From positions 5,024,149 to 5,088,148 of the forward strand of contig JAHRHZ010000032.1 in assembly GCA_024137785.1 (NCBI GenBank): a DNA stretch of 64,000 nt, written 5' to 3'. The notes beneath the pieces are model-generated. The model saw only the letters and a program-made list of their open reading frames with translations, was not told the origin of the DNA and made no database searches. The position numbers and the translations under genes are program-made. Below, piece by piece: positions 51,621 through 63,545 of the stretch (the first letter of the stretch is position 1; each line of letters begins with the position of its first letter). Source of the DNA: Ginglymostoma cirratum (lineage: Eukaryota).

Positions 51621-52317
51621 CATAGAATCATAGAGATGTACACTATGGAAACAGACCCTTCAGTTCCACTTGTCCACCCTGACTAGATATCCTAAAGTAA
51701 TCTGGACCCATTTACAAGTACTTGGCCCATTTCCCTCTAAACCCTTCCTACCGATGTACCCATCCAGATGCATTTTAAATGTTGCAACTGTACCAGCCTC
51801 TAGCACTTCCTCTGGCAGCTCATTCCACACACGCGCCACCCTCTGTGTGAAAATGTTGCCCCTTGGGTCCCTTTTAAATCTTTCCCCTCCCACCTTAAAC
51901 CTATGTCCTCTAGTTTTCCCACTGCCTTGGGAAAATAACCTTGACTATTCACCCTATTCATACCCCTCATGATTTTATAAACTTCTATAAGGTAAACCCT
52001 CAGCCTCCAATGCTCCAGAGAGAATAGACATGGCCCATTCAGTGTCTCCCTATAGCTCAAACCCTAAAACCGTGGCAAATCCTTGCAAATATTTTCTGAA
52101 TCCTTTCAAGTTTTACAACATCTTTCCTATAGCAGAGAGACCAGAATTGAATGCAGTATTCCAAAAGTGCCCTAACCAATGCCCTGTACAGCCTCAACAT
52201 GACTTCCCAACTTCTATACTCAATGCACTGACCAATAAAGGCATGCAAACCAAACACCTTCTTCACTATGCTGACCACTTGCGACTCTACTTTTAAGGAA
52301 CTATGAACCTGAACTCC
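51621..52317 (-). mobile_element. 5'-truncated CR1 LINE
   Basis: YRSWEVMLRLYRALVRALLEYCIQFWS..ERIQK and FTQRVARVWNELPEEV. Tail tctatgattctatg. Confidence 0.92.
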
Positions 52318-52617
52318 GCGACCATGATTTCCAGTGGCTAACAGAAAAATTTAGGGCCAAGAGTGCAATTTCCCAGTACACATGTGGCAAGTTGACAGCA
52401 TTCAAGTGGAGGGTTTTCCTTAAGTCTTCCCATCTACCTCTCACAACATTGTCAGACCCAGAGTCGCACAGAAACTGATACACATCCAGATTTTTAAGTT
52501 TTATTGGGCTACTCCTAATTCTAATTGTTCAATTAATGACTACTTGACTACAAAACATATAAAAAGGTGCTGTAACTGCATGTGGGTTGTGAAGCCGTAA
52601 CAACAAAGACATGACAT

Positions 52618-52714
52618 TTTCTGAAGAAGGGTCCAGACCCGAAACATCAGCATTCCTGCTCCTCTGATGCTGCTTCACCTGTTGTGTTCATCCAGCTCTA
52701 CACCTTGTTATCTC
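52618..52714 (+). mobile_element. ~100-bp Penelope pLTR mini-copy
   Basis: tttctgaagaagggtccagacccgaaacatc...ccttgttatctc. Confidence 0.8.
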
Positions 52715-53479
52715 ATATTAAGGAGGACTATTTTACAACAGTATCACTCAAGAACAGCCAACTTCAGGTGCAAGTGAAGTCACAAAGCATAAGCTTGATT
52801 TACCAGAGGATTGGTGTGACATTATGTGAAACTGATCCACACAACCAGACAGGATGATGTACTAAAGAAAGAATACCCTTGGATTTATATGGCATCTTTC
52901 ACTTTTCGGAATGCCCTAAAGCATTCTGCAACAAATATTGAACTTTTGAAGTGTACGCTCTTTGTTTCTTTGGAAAAAAAAGCGATGAGGGCATCCCTAG
53001 CTGGGCTGGCATTTATTGCCCTTCCCTAATTGTCCACAGGGCAATTGAAAGTCACCCACATTGCTGTGGGTCTGGAGTCACATGTAGGCCAGACCAGGTA
53101 AGAACAGCAGTTTCCTTCCCTAAAGGGCATTAGTGAACATTGCAATGTAGGGAAATGAAGTGGTTGACTTCATGGTAAGGTTCCTCAAAATTGTAATAAC
53201 GAGCAAATGATCTGTTTTGTAATGCTGAATGATGGATAAGTATTGGCCAACATACCAAGGATAACCCCCTTTCCCCAGAGTTGCTTGATTATATAGAACT
53301 TGAACATTGTTGAACAGGTACATGTTGCTGAAGAGTTTTGTCTCACACTTATCAGGACAATGGCAAGAAGGTCAAGTTTCAAACAATCACAATGATTTAT
53401 TGTACAGGAAGAAAAGGGTGTTGATTGGTTGGCAAACCAATTCAGATTGGCTAAGGGATTGCCTTCGTTTCCACAAGCT

Positions 53480-54273
53480 TCCAGGCAATTGAAAGAAAAC
53501 TGCTTGAATAGTTCCTATGTTTGAATGTATGCTATTTCTAGCAAACATACAATGTTTGACGGACTACCTCAAATTGGCTATTAGCAGAGAACATAACATA
53601 AGAACATAAGAGCATAAGAGCATAAGAATTAGGAGCAGAAGTCGGCCATCTGGCCCTTCGAGCCTGCCCCGCCATTCAATAAGATCATGGCTGATCGTTT
53701 TGAGACTCAGCTCCACTTATCCGCCCACTCACCATAACCCTTAATGCCTTTACTGTTCAAAAATTTATCTAGCCTTGCCTTAAAAACTTTCAGCGAGGTA
53801 GCTTCAACCGCTTCACTGGGCAGTGAATTCCACAGATTCACAACTCTTTGGGTGAAGAAGTTCCTCCTCACCTCAGTCCTATATCTGCTTCCCTTTATTT
53901 TGAGGTGATGCCCTCTAGTCCTAGTTTCACCTGCTAGCGGAAACAACCTCCCTGCCTCCACCTTATCTATTCCCTTCATAGATAGGCTAGATAAATTTTT
54001 GAAAGAAATTAAGGGTTATGGTGAGTGGGCGGATAATTGGAGCTGAGTCTCAAAAAGATCAGCCATGATCTTATTGAATGGTGGGGCAGGCTCAAAGGGC
54101 CAGATGGCCTACTTCTGTTCCTAATTCTTCTGCTCTTATGTTCTTATGTTCTTATGTTATGTTCTATGCTAATAGCCAATTTGAGGTAGTCCATCAAACA
54201 TTGTATGTTTGCTAGAAATAGCATACATTCAAACATAGGAACTATTCAAGCAGTTTTCTTTCAATTGCCTGGA
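53480..54273. repeat. Long inverted repeat (arms 53480-53775 and 53984-54273)
   Basis: The two arms are near-identical reverse complements with a ~208-bp spacer. Confidence 0.95.
53589..53980 (-). mobile_element. CR1 3' end with (TTCTTATG)n tail; part of an inverted duplication
   Basis: MKGIDKVEAGRLFPLAGETRTRGH..FFTQRVVNLWNSLP. Same family as 61224-62043. Confidence 0.92.
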
Positions 54274-55854
54274 TTTTGTTTTGGATTTTGAAAACACTTC
54301 TGTACTTCAACATAGGTGATGGGATTCTTGTATCTATCCAAGGGGGAAATCAAGAACCCGATTTAGTATCTCAGCCAAAATACATGCAGCATTCTTTCAG
54401 TATTGCATGGATGTCTCAGACTCAAGAGATTATAATTGGCTTCAGTGCCTACATATTAGAGAAATAGCCATGATTCCTGTTTCCAATTGCTATTCAAAGG
54501 CACCCATAGGAAAGTATATCTGTTTCAATATTATTAAAAGAAAAAAGGAGAGGCCCAGAATTGACTAGCTTATGGACAGTTCAAATATATGAAATGACCA
54601 GCATATTGGATGGTGCATCATACACAATGAACCAGTGGGACAGGATAGTTGAAGAGTGGCAATAAGATTGCCAGTTCCCTGTCAACCAACTATTTTCATT
54701 ATTAAACTCAAAATATAATGAAGAGTCACTGAACTTGAAATATTAACTCTGCTTTCTTCTCACAGATGCTGCCAGAACTGGTGAGTTTCTCTATTTTTAA
54801 TTTTAATTATAACTCATACTTATATAGTGCCATGTCATGTTGAAGCATCTTAATGCATTCAGCACAATAAATTACCTTTGAAAAACAGGGCTGTTAAATA
54901 TAGCAAATTGCAAATTAATTGTAAGATTCCGAATATGTTAGAGGAAAAGTTTTCATCTAATGAGTTTGAACATATGCACACTGTATTTTAACGTGTGGAA
55001 TTGTCCTACTTGTTGGTGCATATCTGTAGTAACTTAATTTGCCAGGTTGGTATAGGCTATTTAAATGCACTAGGGCCTTCAAATTCAATTGTGTCTGTAA
55101 ACAGATGCATGGGAAGGTGCAACATGTGCTGACCCACCTAACCATATGCACATAGGGACTATGAGAAACTGAGAGCTAATGTCCTTTTGTCAAATCTGCA
55201 ACAGGATTAGGAAAGCTGCAGGCTTGACTGTCAGCAGTCGGAAAAATTGAGAAGGGCAAAGTGGCTACCCAAGGTGCTGAGAGGCTTTCTATGTTCTCTC
55301 ATACAGCATTGAAGGGCTTGTTTCAGTCAACTGACAGTAGGAAAGAAATTGAACAGTTAACTCCACTCTCCTAACTGCTCTCCATAACCTTGCGTAATTG
55401 ACAGTAGACTGTCTGTAACCAGGCAGCCTGATTAGAATAAAGAAAACTGGCAGAAAATTGGTCCAGGGTATAATGTGTTGTGGCTATTGCCAAAAATGCT
55501 GGCACAGGCTTACATTGTGTGCTGCTTTTGGGGGTAGTATCCATTGTAGTTGTACTTGGCCTTGAAGAGAGCTCACCTTTAAAGACTCCCACATGCTATG
55601 TATACAGAATGATGTAACATTGCCTGCCAGTTCATTTGTAGTGCAGTTTTAAAATGCACACACATGAATCAGTTGGTTTGCTGTAATACATACTGCACGA
55701 CTTCTGATGCATTTAACAAAATAACCTATGGAGTTGATTGGTTCCTGACTGGTGGTTGATTATCAGACCATCAACATTAACATTTAATGAATAACAGCAG
55801 TGAAAAACATTGCGCTAATGAGGTGCACGATGTTCTGACAGTATTTTGTACAGT

Positions 55855-56160
55855 TGTAGCAAGACTTCCATATTTTTATACTCCTTTCCCTTTGAAGTAA
55901 AGATCAACACTCCTTTTACATTCCCTATTGCCTGCTGAACTTGCCTGCTGGCTTTCTGTGATTCATGCAACAGGACACCCAAATCCCTCTCTGTTTTTTG
56001 CAGTCTTTTTCCATTTAAATAATATTCAGTTCCTCTATTCTTCCTGCCAATGTGCGTAACCTTACATTTTCCTTCATTTTATTCCATCTGCCAAGTTTTT
56101 GCCCACTCACTGAACCAGTCTATACTCCTCTGCAGACTTGGAGTCATCCTCACCACTTGA
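55855..56160 (-). mobile_element. Old CR1 RT fragment
   Basis: Collinear with 61830-62040 (ggacacccaaatccctct, ccatttaaataatattc). Confidence 0.65.
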
Positions 56161-56299
56161 ATTGCCATGACTGGACTAAACCTTTTTCAAACTATGCAAA
56201 AGAACTACTGGGCTCTCAGAGTCAAAATCATATGTGGAAAGGCCAATCAGCCAAAAGAGAAGTGACCAGAAGTTAATTAGCATTCATAAACAACTAACC

Positions 56300-56700
56300 A
56301 ATAACAATAAATTGCATTAATATAGCAACTTTAAATAGTGAAACATTTTAGTGAAACAAGGCACTTCACAGGAGTGTTAACAAAATATCTGTGCCATGCC
56401 ACATATGAAGGTATTAGGGAAGTGAAGAAATAGGTTTTTGAGCACTATCTTAAAGGGGGGTGGATTGTGGGGGGTAATATTCAAAAGGTGTAGGGAAGGT
56501 TATCCACAGCCTGGAGCACAAGCAGCTACAGGCAGGCCTGCCAATGATGCAGTGATTAAACCTGAGTAACCCAACTGGCCAGAATCGGAAAACAGAGGTA
56601 TCTTGGAGAGTTATGTGTTTTGGGGAAACTGTACAGATTTTGATGGACAAGGTCATGGAGGGATTTGAAAACAAAGATGAATATTTTATAACAGAGGCAA
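56300..56700 (-). mobile_element. Decayed L2-like LINE 3' end
   Basis: ttgcattaatatagc..aaggcacttcacaggag tail and ggtcatggagggatttgaaaacaaagatgaatatttt. Related decayed pieces at ~4320-4720 and ~36150-36450. Confidence 0.5.
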
Positions 56701-57079
56701 CTAATCTGTGAAGAAATGGATTAGTTAATAGTGGGGTGCATGCTCTTCTTTGGAATCATTTCTAACTGAGTTCTCCCATTTGAAAAGTCTTATCATGAAA
56801 TATTTCTGTTTTTACTGTAAATGTGGGAAGCTGGTTTTAGTCTAATGAGGCCTTTAGTATTTTCAGGACCTGCCCTTGGCACCTGCAAAACAGTCTGATT
56901 CAAAGCCGCATACAGTGAATTACTGCCGTGGTAAAGACTGTTATGGGCCCTTATACGTGATTACCTGTAAAACAGTCTCAACCTGACCACGTTTCTAGGC
57001 TGATATATTTTTGAAACAAAAACATCAAGCTCCCTTCACAGAAAAAAAAAAATGTTGATACTCCTGCTCAGGAACTTAC

Positions 57080-57143
57080 GGTGCAAAATGCCTGCCAAAT
57101 AGTTAAGAAAATGCAGTGACCTGCGCTGATTATTTATCACCAT
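57080..57143 (-). CDS. IGSF3: Probable IGSF3 start/signal-peptide coding segment (MVINNQRRSLHFLNYLAGILH, phase 1)
   Basis: ATG is in a good context (aaagATGG). The 64 nt end at a strong donor, CACC|gtaagt. Phase 1 joins in frame to the Ig exon, giving MVINNQRRSLHFLNYLAGILHRLCAA|QRHV: a basic n-region, a moderately hydrophobic core, and small residues before the mature Q. Inferred only; no transcript evidence. Confidence 0.65.
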
Positions 57144-57810
57144 CTTTGATACTGAAACAATGTCTGGTCAAAAAGCTGAGCAATGTCACAAATTCAGTTT
57201 TGTAATCACGAAGTTCTGCTTTCATGGTTCCTCTTTTGTACTGTGGGTTGCAGGATCATTTACAATATGTCAAACGTGAAATTTCATCCTATTGAATACA
57301 CATTCCCAGTTCCGAGATTCCTGCTGTGTAAATATGCCAAAAATATTGGATTTAGCTGGTCTCCCATTGTTCACAACTGAGTCCAGCCTGTCTTAAACAA
57401 GACACAATTTATCAAGTTGGCTGGTTGATGACAAACACAATTGTTTGTTTCCATAAAGCAGAAAGCGCTTGGCACAACAGGGGAGTTAAACCGAAAAAGC
57501 AATTAAGTACAAGGGGAAGGTTTGATTTAAGATGGTAAATGATCTAATATCAAAGATGTACAGTACATAATTTAATCAGGGTTACAATGCTGACATTGTA
57601 TTATATCTCAGTGTTGAATTCGATCTCTGGTTATTGCTGGCGCAGCTGTTGAGTCATCTGCTGAGACAACTGCAACACCAACAAGACAAAGCCAACTTCC
57701 AATCACAAAACTCTCGCGCTGTTTCAGCCGCTTGGTGTTTTACAAACTCTATTCTCCGCTTGGATTTTCACATGGGTTCAATGTTCAACTTGCTGAACTT
57801 ATAAAGGACC
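57144..57810 (-). other. IGSF3: Probable long 5'UTR portion of the IGSF3 start-codon exon
   Basis: An apparently repeat-free stretch bounded by a strong acceptor, ccattttcttgcag|G (AG at 57812-57811), which gives a 731-nt exon. As I recall, mammalian IGSF3 also has a several-hundred-nt UTR+ATG exon followed by a very long intron. Confidence 0.5.
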
Positions 57811-60800
57811 CTGCAAGAAAATGGCCTGTTATAAAGTTAATGGAATGGTGGTGATCCTTTTCTTTTGCATAATATATTTCTCATTTACTTGAAATATAAG
57901 GCAATAGGACTGGTGCCAGAAAGACTGATTCAGAACAAGATCACATTTCACAAATATGAGTAAGCATACAACTGAAATATAATTTGTAAATGAAATATAA
58001 GACATAATCCCTTTGTCAGCTTATACATATATCATGACCTTTCTGCTTTGCAGCACAAATACTGTATCTTCAATATTTATTGGAACTAAATCTTCCTAAA
58101 CTTCTTAAAATTGGCATAATTTTCACTGATGAGAGTATGGGGAGAATGGAGAGCATTTATATAAGAAAGTAACAAATGGAGATGAATTTAATCAAAGTGC
58201 AGACTGTTCCGCAGGCACGGTAACCTACAGCTTATGAACACTTGATTCATTCACCAAACACATGCTGTTTTCTAAATTATTGTCTCTAAAGTTAGCTTTG
58301 TCACTTAAATTATGTGCTTCTTAAAGCTGCATGAATACTCTAAATATATATATTTGCTTTGACAAGATGCTGAGATAATGATTTGTTAACTGGGGTTTCT
58401 TTTTGGTTACCAGCAATCCTATGTATTTCAATATTACGTGTGCAAACCAAGGTAACGCAAGATGAATCACAAATAGAAATCATTATGATCAATTAACATG
58501 GTGCCTGAAACCACCAACAATCTGGATGCAGAATTATAACAGGTTGTTTACTTATAGGTGATAGTACTTGATAAAATTCAAGTCAATGAGGTCATCATTA
58601 ATATCTTCTCAAATCCTCAAGGTGTGCTGAAATATTCCAATTAAACTCTGGGAATGCTCAGTTGAAAAATCCTGACTCTCAATGGGCTTGTGGGCTGCAT
58701 TTTAGACTCTCCCAAGATTAATTAATTATAGCTTATTCAGATGGTTAAGAGTTTGATGCATGACAGTACCGGCAGCGTAGGTTAAATCGCTGTATCCAAT
58801 GAGATAAATCCTGGGTTCTGCCTCTACTTCCTGCCCCAAGTGATATCAATGGCATAATTAAACCTTCATTAGCAATGCTGGGACACAGAACACAGTAGGT
58901 ACCGAGAAAAGAAATTTGTAAAGCAATGCGTGTTCTTTTGATGCAAGCTAACATTTTTCAAGCAGTATTCCACTGATGTCAAAATAATTTTAAAATACCA
59001 AACAGAAAAATGTGAGCTACGGTTCCTTAAGTTTTAAGAAAATTGAGCAATTTACCATCTCTTTCTTGGGTCTAGACCTTTCCCTTAGCCTCTTCTTTGA
59101 CTATAAAGGAATGTCCCAAAACTGCTAAGCAGTGAAGCTGTCTTCAAGGTGGTCAGTAGTTTTATTCATGCCAAACACTTTTCTTCCCTTTGCAACTCTT
59201 TCAAGACAAAGCCAGACCATAACTTGGATATCTTTCTTGTGCCTTGCAAAGACAGAGGAACTGTAATAAGCCCTTGGGTTGCTCCACTCTTGAGTTACAT
59301 TATAGGTCATTTATACCTCAATTCCATTTTCCTGTCTTTGCTCCGCGTCACTTCAAAAAAAGTTATTCCTGTTGTCATTTGGTCTAGCACTAGTCTTTAA
59401 GATTATCTCTTTATCGTTTTAAATAGTGCAGAGGGATCACCACTCAAAATTCAAGGGAATGCAAATCCCAAGTTTAAAAATATAATTTAACCCTTCATGC
59501 TCTGGTTTCTGCTGAACTCATACAATACATTCTTCGAACCTCTCTCCTGGGCCAATATGATAAATAGAGTTTGATTAACGATCTATACAACTAACTAATT
59601 ATTTCCTTACCATTTCATCTCCCTGGAGTGATAAATTGACATTTCATTCATCTTTCAGATCATTTCTTGTATCCTGTTAATAATTGAAGATAATTTGCCA
59701 TTCAAACACCTCTCATTTACCTGGACAGGGTAAATAATGCAACTTTTTTTCATTTTCTAATATGCTGCAATGGCCAATGATTCTACGAATGGTTCTCTTA
59801 TACAACTATTAATACAGTGCACTTTGTATTCTTACATTAGCGGCTGCCTGATTGAACCGCAAACAAGATTCTCTGCACCATTTCCTGTTCAAAACCAATC
59901 AATCATTCTCATCACACTCAGTTTTACCCAGCCCCTATACTTGAAAACTTTTCAAATTTGTGTGTTACTTGATCTCTTCTTCTTGGTCACCTTGATTTTT
60001 ATCACTTCTGTACAACATGTGCAGGATCCTGCATGCAGGCCTTGATCACTTCACTTAACTTTCCCCAATTTTTATAAATGTCAACATACATACACATCCT
60101 AATTATTAACACTACTTATACAATGCCCCAGTCTTTTGCTTCCAGGTATATTCCCCTTTCTGCTCCATAAATCACCAAAATAAAATTTAAGGCTATATGC
60201 AAAGATGCCTGTGGTGCTCTAAATTTCGTCTGCATTCAGTTCTGGGCAAAAACAAATTATGTCAAGTGTGGGCAGATCTTTATGTATACAATAATAAACA
60301 ATAAAACATTGTGATTGTGTTAGCTTTCAATGCAATAGAAGATAAGGCTGGCTTTCTAAGTATTAACAGAACCTTTTGTTCATTCATCAAAGCCTTGCAA
60401 GCTTAGTTATGCTGATATTGTATTTAGCGAACAGAAAAGGTCATATTTGTTCCTGACTGATAGTAATAGAGTTAACTTCATGTTTATTCATTTGTTTTCA
60501 ATTACGTATCAAATTCAGAAGTCAGAACTGTACTTTACAAGCAAACTGTTACACCTCCATTAAGCCAAACTGCAGAATACACAGGAAAAGCAATGACTGT
60601 TCCTACAGTCCTGGTAGTATAATGTACAAGGAACAGAATGACTGGTATAGACAGAATAAACAAGCCACTGAAATGCCAAATCACTCAACAAACTATGATA
60701 ACCAAACTACAAAGCAGTTCCCATTCCATGAGCAAGTCAAGCAGCAAAAACAATTTGATAAGTTATTGTCTTGATTGTCCTCTTTCAGAGACAAAGTAAT

Positions 60801-60912
60801 ACTATACTGAAAAAAAACTAGAAATCACAATGGGTCAGGCAGCATCCATGGAGAGAGAGAAACTAACGCTTCGAGACTAGATGACTCTTCATCAGAGCTT
60901 CATCATACTGTA

Positions 60913-61017
60913 GAGGTATTTTCTGAAGAAGGGTCTAGGCCCGAAACATCAGCTTTCCTGCTCCTCTGATGCTGCTTGGCCTGCTGTGTTCATCCAGCTC
61001 CACACCTTGTTATCTCT
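60913..61017 (+). mobile_element. ~105-bp Penelope pLTR mini-copy with 15-bp TSD
   Basis: CTTCATCATACTGTA at 60898-60912 and 61018-61032. It abuts an older, oppositely oriented PLE terminus (~60815-60897). Confidence 0.85.
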
Positions 61018-61223
61018 CTTCATCATACTGTAACTCCGTTTGACTGAAACATAAAAAATACAAAAACACAAGACGTCGGAGCAGAAATGTGGCTCCATCA
61101 TTCATGGACGATCTTGACCTTGAACTTAATTTTACTGTCCCCTCCCAAAATCCTTTCATTCCCTGGGCAAACCAAAAACCTGTCTAGCCCAGTTTTATAT
61201 ATATTCACCCGTGAGGCATTTCC

Positions 61224-62043
61224 AACATAAGAACATGAGAACTAGGAGCAGGAGTAGGCCATCCGGCCCCTCGAGCCTGCCCTGCCATTTAATAAGATCA
61301 TGGCTGATCGTTTTGAGACTCAGCTCCACTTATCCGCCCGCTCACCATAACCCTCATTCCTTTACCGTTCAAAAATTTATCTCGCCTTGTCTTAAAAACA
61401 CTCAGCAAGGTAGCTTCAACCGTTTCACTGGGCAGGGAATTTCACAGATTCACAACCCTTTGGGTGAAGAAGTTCCTCCTCACCTCAGTCCTACATCTGC
61501 TTCCCTTTATTTTGAGGTGATGCCCTCTAGTCCTAGTTTCACCTGCCAGCAGAAACAACCTCCCTGCCTCTACCTTATCTATTCCCTACATAATCTTATA
61601 TGTTTCTATAAGATCTCCCCTCATTCTTCTGAATTCCAATGAGTATAATCCCAGTCTACTCAGTCTCTCCTCATAATCCAACCCTATCAACTCTGGAATC
61701 AACCGAGTGAATCTCCTCTGCACCCCCTCCAGTGCTAGTATAACCCTTCTCAAGTAAGGAGACCAAAACTGCACACAGTACTCCAGGTGTGGCCTCACCA
61801 GGACCTTATACAGCTGCAGCATAGCCTCCCCATTTTTAAACTCCATCCCTCTAGCAATGGCAGACAAAATTCCATTTGCCTTTTTAATTACCTGCTGCAC
61901 CTGCAATCCTACTTTTAGCGATTCATGCAGAAGGACACCCAAGTCCCTCTGCACAGCAGCACGCTGCAATTTTTTACCATTTAAAACATAGTCCATTTTG
62001 CTGTTATTCCTACCAAAATGGATGCCCTCACACTTATCAACAT
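61224..62043 (-). mobile_element. 5'-truncated CR1 LINE
   Basis: VDKCEGIHFGRNN..QRDLGVL..LQLYKVLVRPHLEYCVQFWSPYLR..RMRGDLIETYKIM. Possible TSD TTCCAACA (61220-61227 and 62048-62055). Confidence 0.93.
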
Positions 62044-62706
62044 GGTATTCCAACAACAACCAAGAAAACTCCAAAGATTCACCTGCCTTTGAGAGTGAAG
62101 GTATTTTACCTCATTTCAGTCATAAACATTTCACCCTTTGTCCTTTAATTGTGCCCCTGTGTTTTTGAATCCCCAACCAGGATGAAACAGCGTCTTAGCA
62201 CTGACTCTATGAAACTCCCTTCAGAATCGTGCATCTGAATGAAAACATTCCAGTGACTCTAGGCCCAATACGCTCTACCTCTCAGTACTGGACAAATTCC
62301 TCAGCTTAGGAACCAATTTAGTGAATTTACTGATGTACCATTTTCAATGCAAGGATGTCTTTATGTAAATCTACTCAACAAAACTGCAAAGCACTCCAAA
62401 TTGTTCTCATCCAAAGCCCTTCATAATTGCAGAACAATTTCTTTATTCTTTTGCTCCAAACCAGCTGAAATAAAGGCCAACATGCCATTTGCTTTCCTAA
62501 TTGTTTGTTGTACTGAATGTTAATTTTCTGCATTTCTTGTACAAGCACAAATAAGTCTTAGCATTAACATTTACCAAGTTTCACACCTTTAAAAAAAATC
62601 TGCTTTTCTATTCTTCCTACCAAAATAAATAACTTCACACTTCTCACATTATACTCCAACTGCCATCTGTTAGCCATCATGTAACCTTTTGATACATGTT
62701 TGCAGC

Positions 62707-63375
62707 TTTAAAGTTTTAGCAAAGATTTGTAGCTCGGGTTGTGGGTATGGTTGTCGACTTGCTCGCCGAGCTGGCTTGTTTTTGTTCAGAAATTTCGTCG
62801 CCATGCTAGGTAACATCATCAGTGAAGCCTCCGATGAAGCGATGTTATTCTACTCCACTTGGAATTTATACTGTCTGGTCCGTTATGGTGAGTACTGTCA
62901 TTTCCATTTTTTTTCAGTATGGATTTGTACGTGGTGTCCAATTCTATATGTTCGTTGACTGCATTATGGGTTGAAGACCATGCCTCTAGGAATTCCAGTG
63001 CATGCCTATGTTTGGCTTGGGCTACAATGGCCACGTTGTCCCACTTGCACTCGGACAATGAAGGCCATCAGTTTAACTGAGACAATGTAACCATAGTAGC
63101 CCAAGCAAACATAGACGTGCGCAGGAATTTCTAAAGGCATGGTTCTCAATCCATAATGCAATCAACAAACCAATAAAATCGGACCCAATATACAAACCCA
63201 TACAGAACAAAACCAGAAATGACACTACTCACCGTAACGGATCAGACAATATAAATTCCAAGCGGAGTAGAACAACTTTGCTTCGTCGGAGGCCTCATTG
63301 ATGATGTTACCTAGCATGGTGATGAAACGTCTGAATGAAAACAAGCCAGCTCGGCGAGCAAGTCAACAACCTCAG
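62707..63375. mobile_element. Penelope-like fold-back (GIY-YIG C-terminus and pLTR on both arms)
   Basis: Minus arm encodes WDNVAIVAQAKHRHALEFLEAWSSTHNAVNEHIELD; the plus arm (~63050-63372) is its diverged reverse complement. TSD ATGTTTGCAGC at 62696-62706 and 63376-63386. Confidence 0.88.
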
Positions 63376-63391
63376 ATGTTTGCAGCATCTT

Positions 63392-63545
63392 TCAGAATCC
63401 CCTTCCCCTCCCCCATTTCTGAAGAAGGGTCTTGACCCGAAACGTCAGTTTTCCTGCTCCTCTGATGCTGCTTGGCCTGCTATGTTCATCTAGCTCTACA
63501 CCTTGTTATCTCAGATTCTCCAGCACCGGCAGTTCCGACTATCTC
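63392..63545 (+). mobile_element. Penelope pLTR mini-copy with 15-bp TSD and intact hammerhead-like core
   Basis: TGTTTGCAGCATCTT at 63377-63391 and 63546-63560. Core CTGAAGA-A-GGGTCTTGACCC-GAAAC-GTC. Confidence 0.85.
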
